From assembly GCA_965237525.1 (NCBI GenBank), contig CBDEFO010000007.1, positions 576,001 through 640,000 on the forward strand: DNA of 64,000 bases. Direction: 5' to 3'. The stretch is from Candidatus Latescibacterota bacterium. Lineage in GTDB: Bacteria; Latescibacterota; CBDEFO01. Numbering within the stretch: the first letter of the stretch is position 1; the number at the start of each line of letters is the position of its first letter. Under the pieces are notes generated by a model that saw nothing but the letters and a program-made list of their open reading frames with translations, searched no databases and was not told the DNA's origin. The position numbers were made by a program, and so were the translations under genes. Shown here in pieces: positions 20,389 through 30,959 of the stretch.

Positions 20389-21401
20389 AACTTTCCTCTA
20401 GGGACCTGAAATTCGCCCGATCTTATCTTAGCCTCCATCAGGTCTATTCTATCTCTGACGTCTTTGGGTATTCTATCCTCTAACTTGGGATTATAGGCCA
20501 AGGAAACTATCCCTTCCTTCATCCCTAACCACATAATATCAGGTTTAAACTGTTTGTCTTTCACTTTTTTAGCCACTTGTAAAAAGCTACTCGGAATGTC
20601 TAAAACAGCGCTTGCCAGGATCACTTCCGGGGCAATGTGGTTCTGATCTGCGTTTGAGCCAAAGGCATAGACGTTTGCTCTTTCCTTAACGGCCTGAAAG
20701 ACACCCAGGCCCGCAGCGTCGGCATTGTGGAGGATGAAATCTGCGCCCTGATCGATAAGAGCCAGTGTCGCCTCCTTGGCCGCGCCTGCGTCCTCCCAGT
20801 TGCCTATGTAGGACTTAAGGATTTTAAAGTCGGGAACTGCATCTTTTGCTCCTCCTTCAAAGGCTATAAACGTGCTCTTGACGGAGGGAATTGCCACTCC
20901 GCCGACCACTCCAGCGACCCCTGTTTTGGACATCAAAGCCGCCATCATTCCCATGAGGTACGTCGCTTCCTCAAGTTCGAAGACCATAGGAGCCACATTG
21001 TCCCTTACAGTACTTCCTGACGTGGTTATAAAGACTGTGTTCACAAAATCGGGCGAAACGGCCGCGGCGGTGTCCTGAAACTCGAATCCGTGTCCGAAGA
21101 CTAAATCGAAGCCCCTGCTGGCGTAGTCTCTGAATCCCTCCTCAAACTCCGCAGGTGTAACGGTTTGGACCTGACTTATCTGCGCTCCGAGTTCGTCTCT
21201 TATCCTCAAGAGTCCCTCGTAAGCTATAGCGTTCCATCCTGCATCGCTGACCGGGCCGGGGCTTAAAAGGGCTACCTTGAATTCTTTCTCCTCTGCTTGT
21301 TGGTTCTTTTTTGAGCAGCCGATAGCAAACAAGAGTGAAAACAGAAGTAATACCGATAAGATAGCTCTGAAAATCGGACCCAAAACGCCTTTGTGTATCA
21401 T
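20385..21401 (-). CDS. BMP-family lipoprotein (ABC substrate-binding)
   Basis: Lipobox AIGC, DAGWN, YLMG, GADFI. Confidence 0.9.
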   Translation of the reverse strand: MIHKGVLGPIFRAILSVLLLFSLLFAIGCSKKNQQAEEKEFKVALLSPGPVSDAGWNAIAYEGLLRIRDELGAQISQVQTVTPAEFEEGFRDYASRGFDLVFGHGFEFQDTAAAVSPDFVNTVFITTSGSTVRDNVAPMVFELEEATYLMGMMAALMSKTGVAGVVGGVAIPSVKSTFIAFEGGAKDAVPDFKILKSYIGNWEDAGAAKEATLALIDQGADFILHNADAAGLGVFQAVKERANVYAFGSNADQNHIAPEVILASAVLDIPSSFLQVAKKVKDKQFKPDIMWLGMKEGIVSLAYNPKLEDRIPKDVRDRIDLMEAKIRSGEFQVPRGKF

Positions 21402-21669
21402 CGAACCTTCCCTTCTTTGCCTCTCTAATGGACATATATAAGAGTGTAACAATTATAATAAATTTATTCTACCGGGTCAAGACCCTTTTTCTTGGATGAG
21501 CACCTGCTCTGAGGGGGAAGGAGTGGTACAGCGTACACTCCGCATGCGACCGGAAGAGAAAGTTGGCACCAAACAGCAGAAAGGGCGTCCTACCTAGGCT
21601 TTGTGTATAGATACATTATACTGCTCTGCTCGCTATAACGTTGCTTGCTGAAGCCTTCAATCCATGGCA

Positions 21670-21992
21670 AGTGCCTCCCGCAATGTCCCACAGCACGGTC
21701 TCGACCGCACCGATCTCGACGATCGCGCCTCCGTCGTTCCAAGAGTCTGATGTGGTGCATCTCTTGCCCATTCTGTTGGACCTGGAGAGGATCTTCTGCT
21801 GTAGGAATCTGTTCTAGTTCCCCGTCGGTCTGGACGATTGCGTCCCCTCTAGATTCAATCCGGGGATGACCAGAGACGGAGACTCGGCGTGCACGACCCC
21901 CTCGAAGCCCTCGTGCGTGTGCACCTGGACCACGGTCTCGATCGCCCGACCGGTCTTGAAAGTAAGATCGTCTCTACTTCCGCGATCTTCAT
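21670..21992 (-). pseudogene. Mandelate racemase/enolase-superfamily N-terminal remnant
   Basis: MKIAEVET, VQVHTHEGLRG, GAVETVLWDIAG across frameshifts; 20-nt palindrome inserted at 21845-21864. Confidence 0.65.
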
Positions 21993-22056
21993 GACTTCGT
22001 CCTTCCTGCTATTCTCCGATCATCCGTCGCTGATACTCTTTCCCGCTTGCACAACG

Positions 22057-23280
22057 CTAATCATCTTTCAAAAATATCACGAACGGAAGCCCCAATAGCA
22101 TAACCGCTCCCGCAACGTAAAAGATCGTATTGAGACCATATGCATCTCCAATGAGCCCGAAGAGAGGCGGCGAAGCGGCGGCGGAGAGGAAGTTTAGAGT
22201 GTAGTATAGAGCATATCCCCGACTCCGACGCAGAGGATCGAACGTAGGCGCCAGCCCGATGTATATCACAGAGGACGTCCCATTGAGCATAAACCCGAAT
22301 ATCGGCAAAAAGAGTACCATAACCCATCCTGGAGGGACCGAGGGGAGGGCGTAACAGCCGAGTATCATCAGCAACTCTGTGATCAGGATGATCCTTTTTG
22401 CTCCCAATTTCCGGATCGGCATGCCGCACAGGAGCTTTCCGACCGCTCCGCCGAAAAAGGTCAAAGACATAAGCCACACATAGCCTGTCAGACTTACAGA
22501 GTCACCTTTGATTCCTCTTTTGATCAGTAGAAATCCCAAAAATGCCACAGCGGCATTCCGAACTGCAATATCGAGGAATCCGATGATGGAGTAGAGGGTA
22601 AACTGGCCCGGCCTTTTGATGCCCCAGTTGGCAAAAAAAGTTCTTCGATGTGCCTCATTTATTTTATGCTCTCTGTCCTTCAGGGCTTTCTGTCTTCTGG
22701 CGCTGATGTCCCTTCGAAAAAAGAAGAGATACAAAAGGGACGTTAAAAGTCCGATGATCCCCAGTACAGCAAGGCTCCCTTGCCATCCAATTCTTGGGTC
22801 GATGACCAAAACTCCCGCTAAAAGGGGGAATAGCACCTTTCCAACATCTCCGGAAAAATTCAATGTTCCTATAGCCGGACCAGATTTTTCAGGCGGATAG
22901 ACATTTGAGATCAGGGCGGTTCCCACAGGGTGATACGCGCCTCCCCCTATCCCGGATGCAAGTATCAGCATCAGCGTGATAGGGTAGCTGAACGCTAAAA
23001 GCAAAAGCATATAGCTCAGGCTGAACCAAGCAGTTCCTAAGCCCAGCGTTAGTATCTCTCCGATACTTTCGGACAGGAGTCCCGCCGGTATCTGAGCTGC
23101 GCTTATCGCTACGTAGCTAGCGGCCTTAAGGAGGCCGGACTGGGTGTAGGTCAGATCGAGATCGGATGCGATGAAGGGAAGTAGAAGGGCTAAACTTACA
23201 ACGTAACCGTCGTTAACGATATGAAGGAGACTGCACCACCAAAGCTGTCTTTTCGGATTATATTGAATAGGTCTTTGCAT
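22057..23280 (-). CDS. MFS transporter
   Basis: Multiple TM helices, HIVNDGY, GGGAYHP. Confidence 0.9.
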   Translation of the reverse strand: MQRPIQYNPKRQLWWCSLLHIVNDGYVVSLALLLPFIASDLDLTYTQSGLLKAASYVAISAAQIPAGLLSESIGEILTLGLGTAWFSLSYMLLLLAFSYPITLMLILASGIGGGAYHPVGTALISNVYPPEKSGPAIGTLNFSGDVGKVLFPLLAGVLVIDPRIGWQGSLAVLGIIGLLTSLLYLFFFRRDISARRQKALKDREHKINEAHRRTFFANWGIKRPGQFTLYSIIGFLDIAVRNAAVAFLGFLLIKRGIKGDSVSLTGYVWLMSLTFFGGAVGKLLCGMPIRKLGAKRIILITELLMILGCYALPSVPPGWVMVLFLPIFGFMLNGTSSVIYIGLAPTFDPLRRSRGYALYYTLNFLSAAASPPLFGLIGDAYGLNTIFYVAGAVMLLGLPFVIFLKDD

Positions 23281-23538
23281 TATTGGGAAACCTCCATCGA
23301 GTCTGGAAGGGGCCCTATCAAATCACGATAGTCTCCAGATTATGAAGCTTGTCCCCGAGTGATTCTATCGCGGACTTGACCTTTCAGTTCCTACAAGATC
23401 CCTGTAAGCCTACTCCACTTCTGGAACCGAAGTCCTTGTCTCCATACGTTGAAGGTCCTTGTCACTTTGATATGGCAGGTAATCTATTACGAAATGCTAT
23501 AGCTTTCTCTAATTTGCAAACATCTTAGTTCTGTTCCC

Positions 23539-25518
23539 TCAGTAGACCCCGAGGGAATTGTCCACCATTCCTGTACAGTAATCTATAATAAGCCATGTCC
23601 CTGCCACGACCATCTGCCCCAGGATCAGACCCAAGAAGAAGGGACGAGTTTTCCTGAATACTGTAGCGCCGCCGTATTTGAGTATGACTACTTTGAAGAG
23701 CCACGCTAAAAAGACGCTGAACCATTTGTGATTAATTATGGAGATACCGGTTAGTGTGTAGCCGATGGGATGGATAGGCCACCATATAAAGTGATAGCGG
23801 ATAAAGGTCAGAAGGGCCATAATAAATGCTCCTATGCCTGTGGCTATCCAGCCTCCGATATTGGGGTTAACGGCTCCCTCCACTCTTTTAGCTATGTAAT
23901 TGAACGGAGCTTTCGGAGCCCCGCCAAAAAACCACGAGTAGAGGTTGATTCCGCCTTCTTCGTATGCAAGGGTCATCACCATCCACATGGATCCTGCCAG
24001 ACTCACAACGATGGATAGCATCATAGCCCAGAAGAGCGGTCTTCTCTTACCCCGGACCACATTGATTAACTTGAGCCCATTGGCGCACGAAGCCATAACG
24101 AACGTCCTCATCTCGCCGTGCCAGATGTATGTATACGCCAGAGCCACTAATCCCGTCGGTCCCAAAGCGGAGGTTCCAAGCCCTGATACGACGAAGTCCG
24201 AACTGATCATGGGAGGCCACATATCGGGCATTCCTCCTTCTGCCACTATGCGGGTAAGCGCTATAAAGAGGACAAAGGCCCCGAACAAGAATATCGGGAC
24301 GATCCAAAGAGGCATTCCCGAGGCCCACAGCCACAAGCTCACAAAGAGTAATCCTCCGATCATGCCAAAGAGAGCTGTCCGGTAGGATAGAATCTCATCC
24401 GAATCGTCCACATTCGGATCGTTCTTAAAGGCTTTCCTGAGAACGCCTTTGAGGTGCTCCCGACCTGTCCACATCCCTAACACGACAAAGACTATCATAG
24501 CCCCCATGGTCTGATGGAGCATGTAAGGCGACCAGGAATGAGCATAGACGCTCATCCTTTCGGTACTGTGGAAGCCAATCATATTGAATATTCCCTGCTC
24601 CGCGATGGCTAACAGGGAGAACGACCAAATCGCAAGGGCGATGTCACGGGGTATAAGGTAAACGAATCCGATGACATGAAAGATGGTGAAGAAATTAAAT
24701 CGAATTGTGTTGCGAAACATCGACATAGAGGCCTCCAGGTTTACCCTTGGAATGAATGGGTAGTATCCGTGGAGCGCCGTTACGCTGCCTATGATGAAAG
24801 GGATGGCAAATCCAAGCCACATAATAGGATTTTTAAAGAATGGCGCAAGATAACCGCTTTTGTCATCCCTTATCATCTCCATAGGTGTCTGAATAAGAGG
24901 ATACGTCAGCCTTTCTCTCTCTACCCACTGCCTCCTTAGGATCACCATCATGCATATCATCACAAAATAGAGGGCAATGGCAAACGAAGACCAGTACAAA
25001 AGGGGCCTAATCCATATTCCCCAGGGTATGGTCTCTCCCCTGGGCAGACCTTCGTAGAAATACTTAATATACTCTGGATCACGGGGGGATATCCAATCGG
25101 GTATATATGGGTGAATCAAATTGACCCAATCGTTCTCATGGGTGGCAAAGTAAAATACGCCGACGACGACAGGAAGGAGATGTTCGGTGAAGCCTACGGC
25201 TACGATAGAGGACGATACGATCATCATAATGTAGATCGTGACCAATTCGGTGGCTTCGAACGCCATACCCCGTTTGACTATTTTCAAAAGGGTGTTTACT
25301 ATACCTACGAAGATAAATAGAAGGAAAAGAGCTGCGCCGGTACCAAAGGTCCCAGCCATCCAGGAGCCTTTGATAAGAGCGTCGCTGTATGGGGCGGCAA
25401 TGGATATAAAAAAGGAGAGCAGTGTACCTACAACAAAAGATCTGAAGGTGAAACGTCGAGGAGGCCTTTCCTGGTCAACGGCATAATCGGGACTGAACTC
25501 CTCAGTTGTTGTCGCCAT
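23539..25518 (-). CDS. DUF6785/OPT-like polytopic membrane protein
   Basis: RRQWVERERLTYP, TRIVAEGG, WWPIHPIG, PFFLGLILG. Confidence 0.75.
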   Translation of the reverse strand: MATTTEEFSPDYAVDQERPPRRFTFRSFVVGTLLSFFISIAAPYSDALIKGSWMAGTFGTGAALFLLFIFVGIVNTLLKIVKRGMAFEATELVTIYIMMIVSSSIVAVGFTEHLLPVVVGVFYFATHENDWVNLIHPYIPDWISPRDPEYIKYFYEGLPRGETIPWGIWIRPLLYWSSFAIALYFVMICMMVILRRQWVERERLTYPLIQTPMEMIRDDKSGYLAPFFKNPIMWLGFAIPFIIGSVTALHGYYPFIPRVNLEASMSMFRNTIRFNFFTIFHVIGFVYLIPRDIALAIWSFSLLAIAEQGIFNMIGFHSTERMSVYAHSWSPYMLHQTMGAMIVFVVLGMWTGREHLKGVLRKAFKNDPNVDDSDEILSYRTALFGMIGGLLFVSLWLWASGMPLWIVPIFLFGAFVLFIALTRIVAEGGMPDMWPPMISSDFVVSGLGTSALGPTGLVALAYTYIWHGEMRTFVMASCANGLKLINVVRGKRRPLFWAMMLSIVVSLAGSMWMVMTLAYEEGGINLYSWFFGGAPKAPFNYIAKRVEGAVNPNIGGWIATGIGAFIMALLTFIRYHFIWWPIHPIGYTLTGISIINHKWFSVFLAWLFKVVILKYGGATVFRKTRPFFLGLILGQMVVAGTWLIIDYCTGMVDNSLGVY

Positions 25519-26384
25519 AAATTGAAAAGGGTCCTTACACTCTTATGTGATATGTAGGCCATTATGGAATGGATCAAACAGCGTACTGATATGAAATCAT
25601 ACCGACAGCTCTGGGGATACTAAGTCTAATAATATTTCACCTGGATGTCAAGTCATTTTGCTCTCCACCTCTGGAAAAGTGGCATATCATACAATTGATA
25701 AATCCAAGTCTATGATCTCGGCAATGAGCCTGACGTCCTCTATCACGTCTCTATGAGATACGGCCGTTGTGACCTCTGGATTCCTGGGGCGTTGGAGGAC
25801 AGAGTGGTTCTCCTGCCGGGCATCGACAACCACTATCACGAACTTTACCTCCGTGTGGCACAGACCCCCATTCAATACAGGACTCTCTCTGCTCATGCCT
25901 TCTATAGCTCTTGCAAATTGCGCCTTCAGATCGTCGCAGGTCTTATCGTCGTAGATACCTGATATTGAGAAAGATCCTCTCAGAATAGCACAATCTGTTC
26001 TTGGATCAGCATATCTATCATCTTGCTTCTGTCCATTTGCGAGGAATGCAAGTCGTTTCAGGAGGAATGCTGATTTTTCTGGATAGAGATACACGATATC
26101 TAAAAGTTGTCAATACTTTTTAGGGGTCTGGCCTCTCCAGACTGTTGTGACAGGCTCTCTCGAAATCGTATCAAGGGCTATGGAAGGTTGATAAAACCAC
26201 AATAGAAACCCTTCATGCAGGGGGTCTGAACCAAGAATGCAAGGGAAAACTCCGACCTATCCCCTCAGATCCTAATAGTGCGGGGAGATTGGCTTGAAAA
26301 AGGGTTGACATTGACCCCAGTTTTTGGTATCTTAGCCTTCCGTTTGGTTGTCACAGTATAAACCCCAAATAAAAGGGGACTGAT

Positions 26385-27530
26385 ATGAAGTCTATTCGAT
26401 CTTCTAATCATAGATCGCAGTCAACGAAGGCCGCAGAACTCACCCGTCGTGAATTTATCCATAAGATGAGTGCTGCTGCTTTAGGGGCTGGAGCATTGTT
26501 AACCCCTGCTGTTGCAAGTTCCGGCTCTACGACTGCTTCAGGGGACATGAAATATAGAACAGTGGGTAAGACAGGAATCAGCGTCTCTGAGATAGGCTTT
26601 GGATCTCATGTCGCACGGGAAAATATGAATGATCCCCAGGCCAGAGCAGCTCAGATTAGAAAAGGCTTAGAGCTAGGCATTAACCTCTTCGACATCTACG
26701 AGCACGGTTATCATCAGTTTGATCTGATGAGCCAGGCGTTGGGCCCGGTGCGAAAGGATGTTGTGATATCTCTTGTTGCGGTTCAGTCTGACGTCCGAAA
26801 GGAGGTAGAATTTGCCCTGACTACCTTCAACACCGATTACATTGATCTGTATCGCATGAACGCGTCCGGGATTAAGTCCAAGAGCGCAATAGAGACCACT
26901 TTAGGGACTCTGCAGCAGGCCAAGGAGGAGGGTAAGATAAGGGCGATCGGGATAGTGAACCACGATCAGGCAAAGTTGGTGGAGATGCTTCATACCTATC
27001 CAGAATTGGACTATCTGTTCTTTGCGTATAACTTCCGGCATCAGAGACTCTCTCCTGTCAGCTCTGTCCAGGCCGCCTCCGGAGGACAGATCAGGTCTGG
27101 AGTGTCTGCTGCCTCATCACCGAAAACCGCTGGACAAACTGTCGACTGCGCGATCGTGCCTTGCCCGGATCCAGCGTTTCCCGCTTTGGTCAGAGAAACC
27201 GGCGTGGGACTCATAGCGATCAAGCCCTTTGCCGGAGGAGCTTTGCTGAAATTGCAACCCTCCGATCCCCTCTTGGCGGAGCTGAAGGGCGTCGAGGCAA
27301 GTCTCCCTCAGGCGGCATTGAGGTTTATCTTGGGGGACAAGGAGATTTCCAGCACGATCCCAGCGATGAATTCTATAGATGAGGTTGTGGAGAACGTAGG
27401 AGCGACGCAGGGTGGTGGGCTAGGTGAGTCGGAGGTTCGGCTTTTGCAGATCTATGCACAAGCAGCGGAGCAGTCCCAGGGAGGCTACCTGCCCGAGAAG
27501 TATAAGTGGCTTGAGGAGTGGACGGCATAA
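26385..27530 (+). CDS. Tat-exported aldo/keto reductase family protein
   Basis: TRREF Tat motif; GKTGISVSEIGFG, DYIDLY, GKIRAIG, IKPFAGG. Confidence 0.85.
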   Translation: MKSIRSSNHRSQSTKAAELTRREFIHKMSAAALGAGALLTPAVASSGSTTASGDMKYRTVGKTGISVSEIGFGSHVARENMNDPQARAAQIRKGLELGINLFDIYEHGYHQFDLMSQALGPVRKDVVISLVAVQSDVRKEVEFALTTFNTDYIDLYRMNASGIKSKSAIETTLGTLQQAKEEGKIRAIGIVNHDQAKLVEMLHTYPELDYLFFAYNFRHQRLSPVSSVQAASGGQIRSGVSAASSPKTAGQTVDCAIVPCPDPAFPALVRETGVGLIAIKPFAGGALLKLQPSDPLLAELKGVEASLPQAALRFILGDKEISSTIPAMNSIDEVVENVGATQGGGLGESEVRLLQIYAQAAEQSQGGYLPEKYKWLEEWTA

Positions 27531-27615
27531 GGTTTCCGCACCTGCAGGATGTTCTCTTTGAGTGCACGAGGAAAGTCCCCTTCAAATGTGTCAGTGGGAA
27601 TAGGATAAGAATCCC

Positions 27616-28161
27616 TTGTACAAGATTATCGCTATATTGCTGATCCTAGGGGGCCTTTTCATCCTTGCGACTATAGGGAGCTTTTCTGACAGGGACATCA
27701 CGCCGGATGCGGTCACCATGGCCACCACGCACAATCTCTGGACAGGCGATGTGGCCTCACTCACCGATGGGCGTACGCCCGACAAGCACCCAGACGCTAC
27801 AGCTTTCGAGTGGGACTGGATCGGCTTGTTGGCTGTATCGTGGCCTGACACTGTACGCCTTGCGACTATCCGTGTCTATATCGGAACGATGGACCAATAC
27901 AGAGTGTTCGGCTATTTAGGCGGGGGCTTCACCGAAGAGGGCTTTCGCGTAGGAGTGGAGACGTCGGTCTACGGACACGAGGGGGTTGTGCCCGCTGGAG
28001 TCACCGGCTGGTACGAAATCACCTGTTCACCGGAATTTGCCATCGATAACATCAGCTTCCAGGTTGTCGGCGGCGCTGTCATTTATGAAATAGAGTTTCT
28101 CAGGCCGGAGAACACTGCCATCTGGCCTATCAACTTCGGCGCCATCAAGAAATTCTTCTGA
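27616..28161 (+). CDS. Hypothetical secreted protein
   Basis: Hydrophobic N-terminus; C-terminal TAIWPINFGAIKKFF. Confidence 0.65.
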   Translation: MYKIIAILLILGGLFILATIGSFSDRDITPDAVTMATTHNLWTGDVASLTDGRTPDKHPDATAFEWDWIGLLAVSWPDTVRLATIRVYIGTMDQYRVFGYLGGGFTEEGFRVGVETSVYGHEGVVPAGVTGWYEITCSPEFAIDNISFQVVGGAVIYEIEFLRPENTAIWPINFGAIKKFF

Positions 28162-28266
28162 AAGGCAAGTGAAGTTATCGATCACAACCGAAATTAAAGA
28201 TGAAAAGGAAAGCGTGCCGTGTAACATAGCCTCTATCCCTTTTTCCTGCAACATATTAAGCAACTT

Positions 28267-28374
28267 AGCTTAACATCGTCATTGCCGCACGCATGTAGAC
28301 AAGGGCGTAAGCATTAGGCTCGTGGACTTCTAATCCGAGTTTCCTCACAGCTATCCTCCATAAACAAGTAGGCA
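28267..28374. repeat. 108-bp direct repeat, copy 1
   Basis: Near-identical to 29957-30064. Confidence 0.95.
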
Positions 28375-28416
28375 GCAAAGAGTGGTCAAGACATCCCCTC
28401 CTATTTACTCTTGTTG

Positions 28417-29919
28417 TCAGTCCTCGATCCAGAAAGAATAGAGTTTTGCGTTGCGCAGTGTGAAGTGAAGGGTCACTTCTCGACCCTTCAAGTTTGCCAT
28501 GTTCCCCTGCGTCCAGGTCACTTCTCCGTCAGGTCGATCGCCCGTCAGCGGTGCCGATGCGGCCAGCGCCACCCCCTGCCCGTCCAGTACCTCTGTGCAA
28601 AGCTCGCCCTTCGACGCATCAGCATTGACATACACCTTATCTCCGAAAAGTGTGAAAGGTTTTGTGACCAGCAAGCCTTCTGTTTCTCCTGCATCCAATG
28701 AAAAGAATCCGTCCCGGCGCAGCACGGCTAGGCAGATAGCACCGGTGTCAGGATCCAATGTGTGGACATCGGCCAATTCGTATGCCTCGCGATACTTCAG
28801 GCCGGTGTAGTAAAACCATAGCTCATCGCCGCGCACCACAGGGGCAGAGGGACCGATGATCTGTGTCAGGTCATAGGCACCGGCGTCTTTGGGAGATGGA
28901 CCGATGAACGGCTTGCGATCGCCCAGGCGTTTCCAGTTCTTCAGATCACGGCTGCAGGTCAGTTGAACCAGGTGGAAGCCCTCGGTGTTGGAACCGTCAG
29001 CGCTCGGGCCAGTGGCGTGGTACATCGCCGGCATCCCGATGTAGAGCCCCTCGTAGCCAAATACACCCATGTTGTACACGTCGACGTTGTAGGTCGCCGG
29101 GTCGTTCGAAAAAAGCTGCTGTAACGTCGGGTCGGCAAAACGGGCCTTGATATTCTCTCGTCCGAGCTCCTGATCCAGATCGTCGGCGTGAAAGATCATC
29201 TTGGGCTCTGTCCAGTGCTCGAAGTTCATACTGGTGGATAGCCAGACCGACCGGCCATAGGGACCAAGATGTTTTACCGTCCCCTGACACACTATCACCG
29301 CATGTTTTACCGTGAGGATAAACAGATGCTCCTGCTCGTCAAAGGAGAAGTTATATTCATCGAAGCTCGGCACACCGGGGACATCGAGCATCTTCCAGTT
29401 CACCCCGTCAGGCGAGACTATGAACCCGACGTTGGGTATGGCTCCTTTATAGCGGCGGGCCGGATCAGGATCGGTCGCATTATATACAACCAGTCCAGGG
29501 CGGAAGTAGCCTCGATCACTCTGGACAGCCACATAGTTGTTCTCCCGTGAGCCCCGGTATTCCACTTGACCCACAACCGGCTTCGACCAGTGGAGTCCGT
29601 CTTTGCTCTCGTAGTAACCGGAGCAATATATCCCTCCGGCATGCAAATCGTTCGGAGTTGTGATATCCCAGAGTTTATATGTCTTCTCCTCGGGGTCCCA
29701 AATCGGCGCGGTGCGCGTTTGGACGACACCTCCCTCAGGGTTATCCGGGTCCTGTCTAATCACAGCTCCCTTCTTGGCAGGCTGATGCATGGTGCGCGTC
29801 AGATTCTCGATCCTCGCAATTCCGTGATCGTCGAAGAAGAGTTGCCTTTGCCCTGTTGGGACATGAAACTCCAGTTCTCTCCCTACCATATTAGCCTCAT
29901 ATTTTGTCACGATTGCCAT
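28417..29919 (-). CDS. Five-bladed beta-propeller glycoside hydrolase-like protein (GH32/43-like)
   Basis: Repeated SxDGxxW motifs, ELWFYYTG, LRRDGFFSL, AKLYSF. Confidence 0.7.
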   Translation of the reverse strand: MAIVTKYEANMVGRELEFHVPTGQRQLFFDDHGIARIENLTRTMHQPAKKGAVIRQDPDNPEGGVVQTRTAPIWDPEEKTYKLWDITTPNDLHAGGIYCSGYYESKDGLHWSKPVVGQVEYRGSRENNYVAVQSDRGYFRPGLVVYNATDPDPARRYKGAIPNVGFIVSPDGVNWKMLDVPGVPSFDEYNFSFDEQEHLFILTVKHAVIVCQGTVKHLGPYGRSVWLSTSMNFEHWTEPKMIFHADDLDQELGRENIKARFADPTLQQLFSNDPATYNVDVYNMGVFGYEGLYIGMPAMYHATGPSADGSNTEGFHLVQLTCSRDLKNWKRLGDRKPFIGPSPKDAGAYDLTQIIGPSAPVVRGDELWFYYTGLKYREAYELADVHTLDPDTGAICLAVLRRDGFFSLDAGETEGLLVTKPFTLFGDKVYVNADASKGELCTEVLDGQGVALAASAPLTGDRPDGEVTWTQGNMANLKGREVTLHFTLRNAKLYSFWIED

Positions 29920-29956
29920 GTCGCGGCCCGCCGTTCGACTACCGCATAGGGAATTC

Positions 29957-30064
29957 AGCTTAACATCGTCATTGCTACCCCCATGTAGACAAGGGCGTAA
30001 GCATTAGGTGCGTGGCATTCTAATCCGAGTTTCCTCACAGCTATCCTCCATAAACAAGTAGGCA
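29957..30064. repeat. 108-bp direct repeat, copy 2
   Basis: Near-identical to 28267-28374. Confidence 0.95.
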
Positions 30065-30184
30065 TCGAACAGCGGGCGAGGCAATCCAGGTGAGATCGTT
30101 TCGCCCACTTCGTGGCTTGCTGACCGGGAATAGGGCCATGGTGAGTGGCAATTACGCTTCAGGGAGGATGGGCGTTGCCTCCGT

Positions 30185-30952
30185 CTACTGTCTACTGTCT
30201 ACTGTCTTTAGCCACTCCTCGTACTCCTTTTTGCCCTCTTCGTTTAGAGGATAGTATTTTTCCACGTCCCCTGTCTCTTGGAGTTTTATCCTCTCGAAGA
30301 TCTCACGTGTCTCCCGGGTGCGGCAGTATTCGATAACGTCAGGTGCAACTTTCGGAGGGATTACGACTACACCGTCGTCATCTCCGACTATAATGTCCCC
30401 CGGCATGACCAATACGCCGCCGCAACCGATCGGTTCGTTGTAGTCCCAGGGATACATCTCAAAGTGACCGGCGTTGTGCGGCGTTGCTCCCCTTAAAAAG
30501 AGGGGAAGTCCCAACTTCTTGGCGCGCGGAGTATCGCGGACGCAGCCGTCAACTACCAGACCCTTTGAGCCTTTTGCATGGATAGAGGTCATCAACATGT
30601 CGCCCAGACATCCGGTCTGCATATTGGCGCGGGTGTCCACTACAAGCACATCCCCTTCCTGAACAGCTATTACCGCGGCCCACAGAGCGGAACTTACCTC
30701 CTGTTCCTCTTCGGCCCGTCCTTTGATAATGTCCTCTCGCTTTGGCAGAAAGCTTAACGTAACCGCCGTGCCGACGGCCCTAAGCCCCGGCGTGAAGGCC
30801 ACGGGTCCCACCATAAAGGCCCTGAGAATCCCGCATCTTTCGCGCAGAGCAGAGCTAATGGTCGCAGTACCGAAATCCCAGAAAGGCTCTATAAGTTCTC
30901 CGGGTGGACGATCTATCTCTTTGAGTTTTACCATATCACTATCTCCTGACAA
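30185..30952 (-). CDS. RraA/HMG-CHA aldolase family protein
   Basis: GDVLVVD, GLVVDGCVRD, GDIIVGDDDGVV. Confidence 0.88.
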   Translation of the reverse strand: MSGDSDMVKLKEIDRPPGELIEPFWDFGTATISSALRERCGILRAFMVGPVAFTPGLRAVGTAVTLSFLPKREDIIKGRAEEEQEVSSALWAAVIAVQEGDVLVVDTRANMQTGCLGDMLMTSIHAKGSKGLVVDGCVRDTPRAKKLGLPLFLRGATPHNAGHFEMYPWDYNEPIGCGGVLVMPGDIIVGDDDGVVVIPPKVAPDVIEYCRTRETREIFERIKLQETGDVEKYYPLNEEGKKEYEEWLKTVDSRQ

Positions 30953-30959
30953 GAATAAG

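Noticed and set aside
21402..21640. Purine or Moco riboswitch upstream of the BMP operon
   Set aside because: No recognisable aptamer consensus.
25687..26094. 135-aa ORF, possibly a gene relic
   Set aside because: No family assignment could be supported.
28267..30064. Integron attC sites
   Set aside because: No clear RYYYAAC..GTTRRRY palindromic structure and no integrase.
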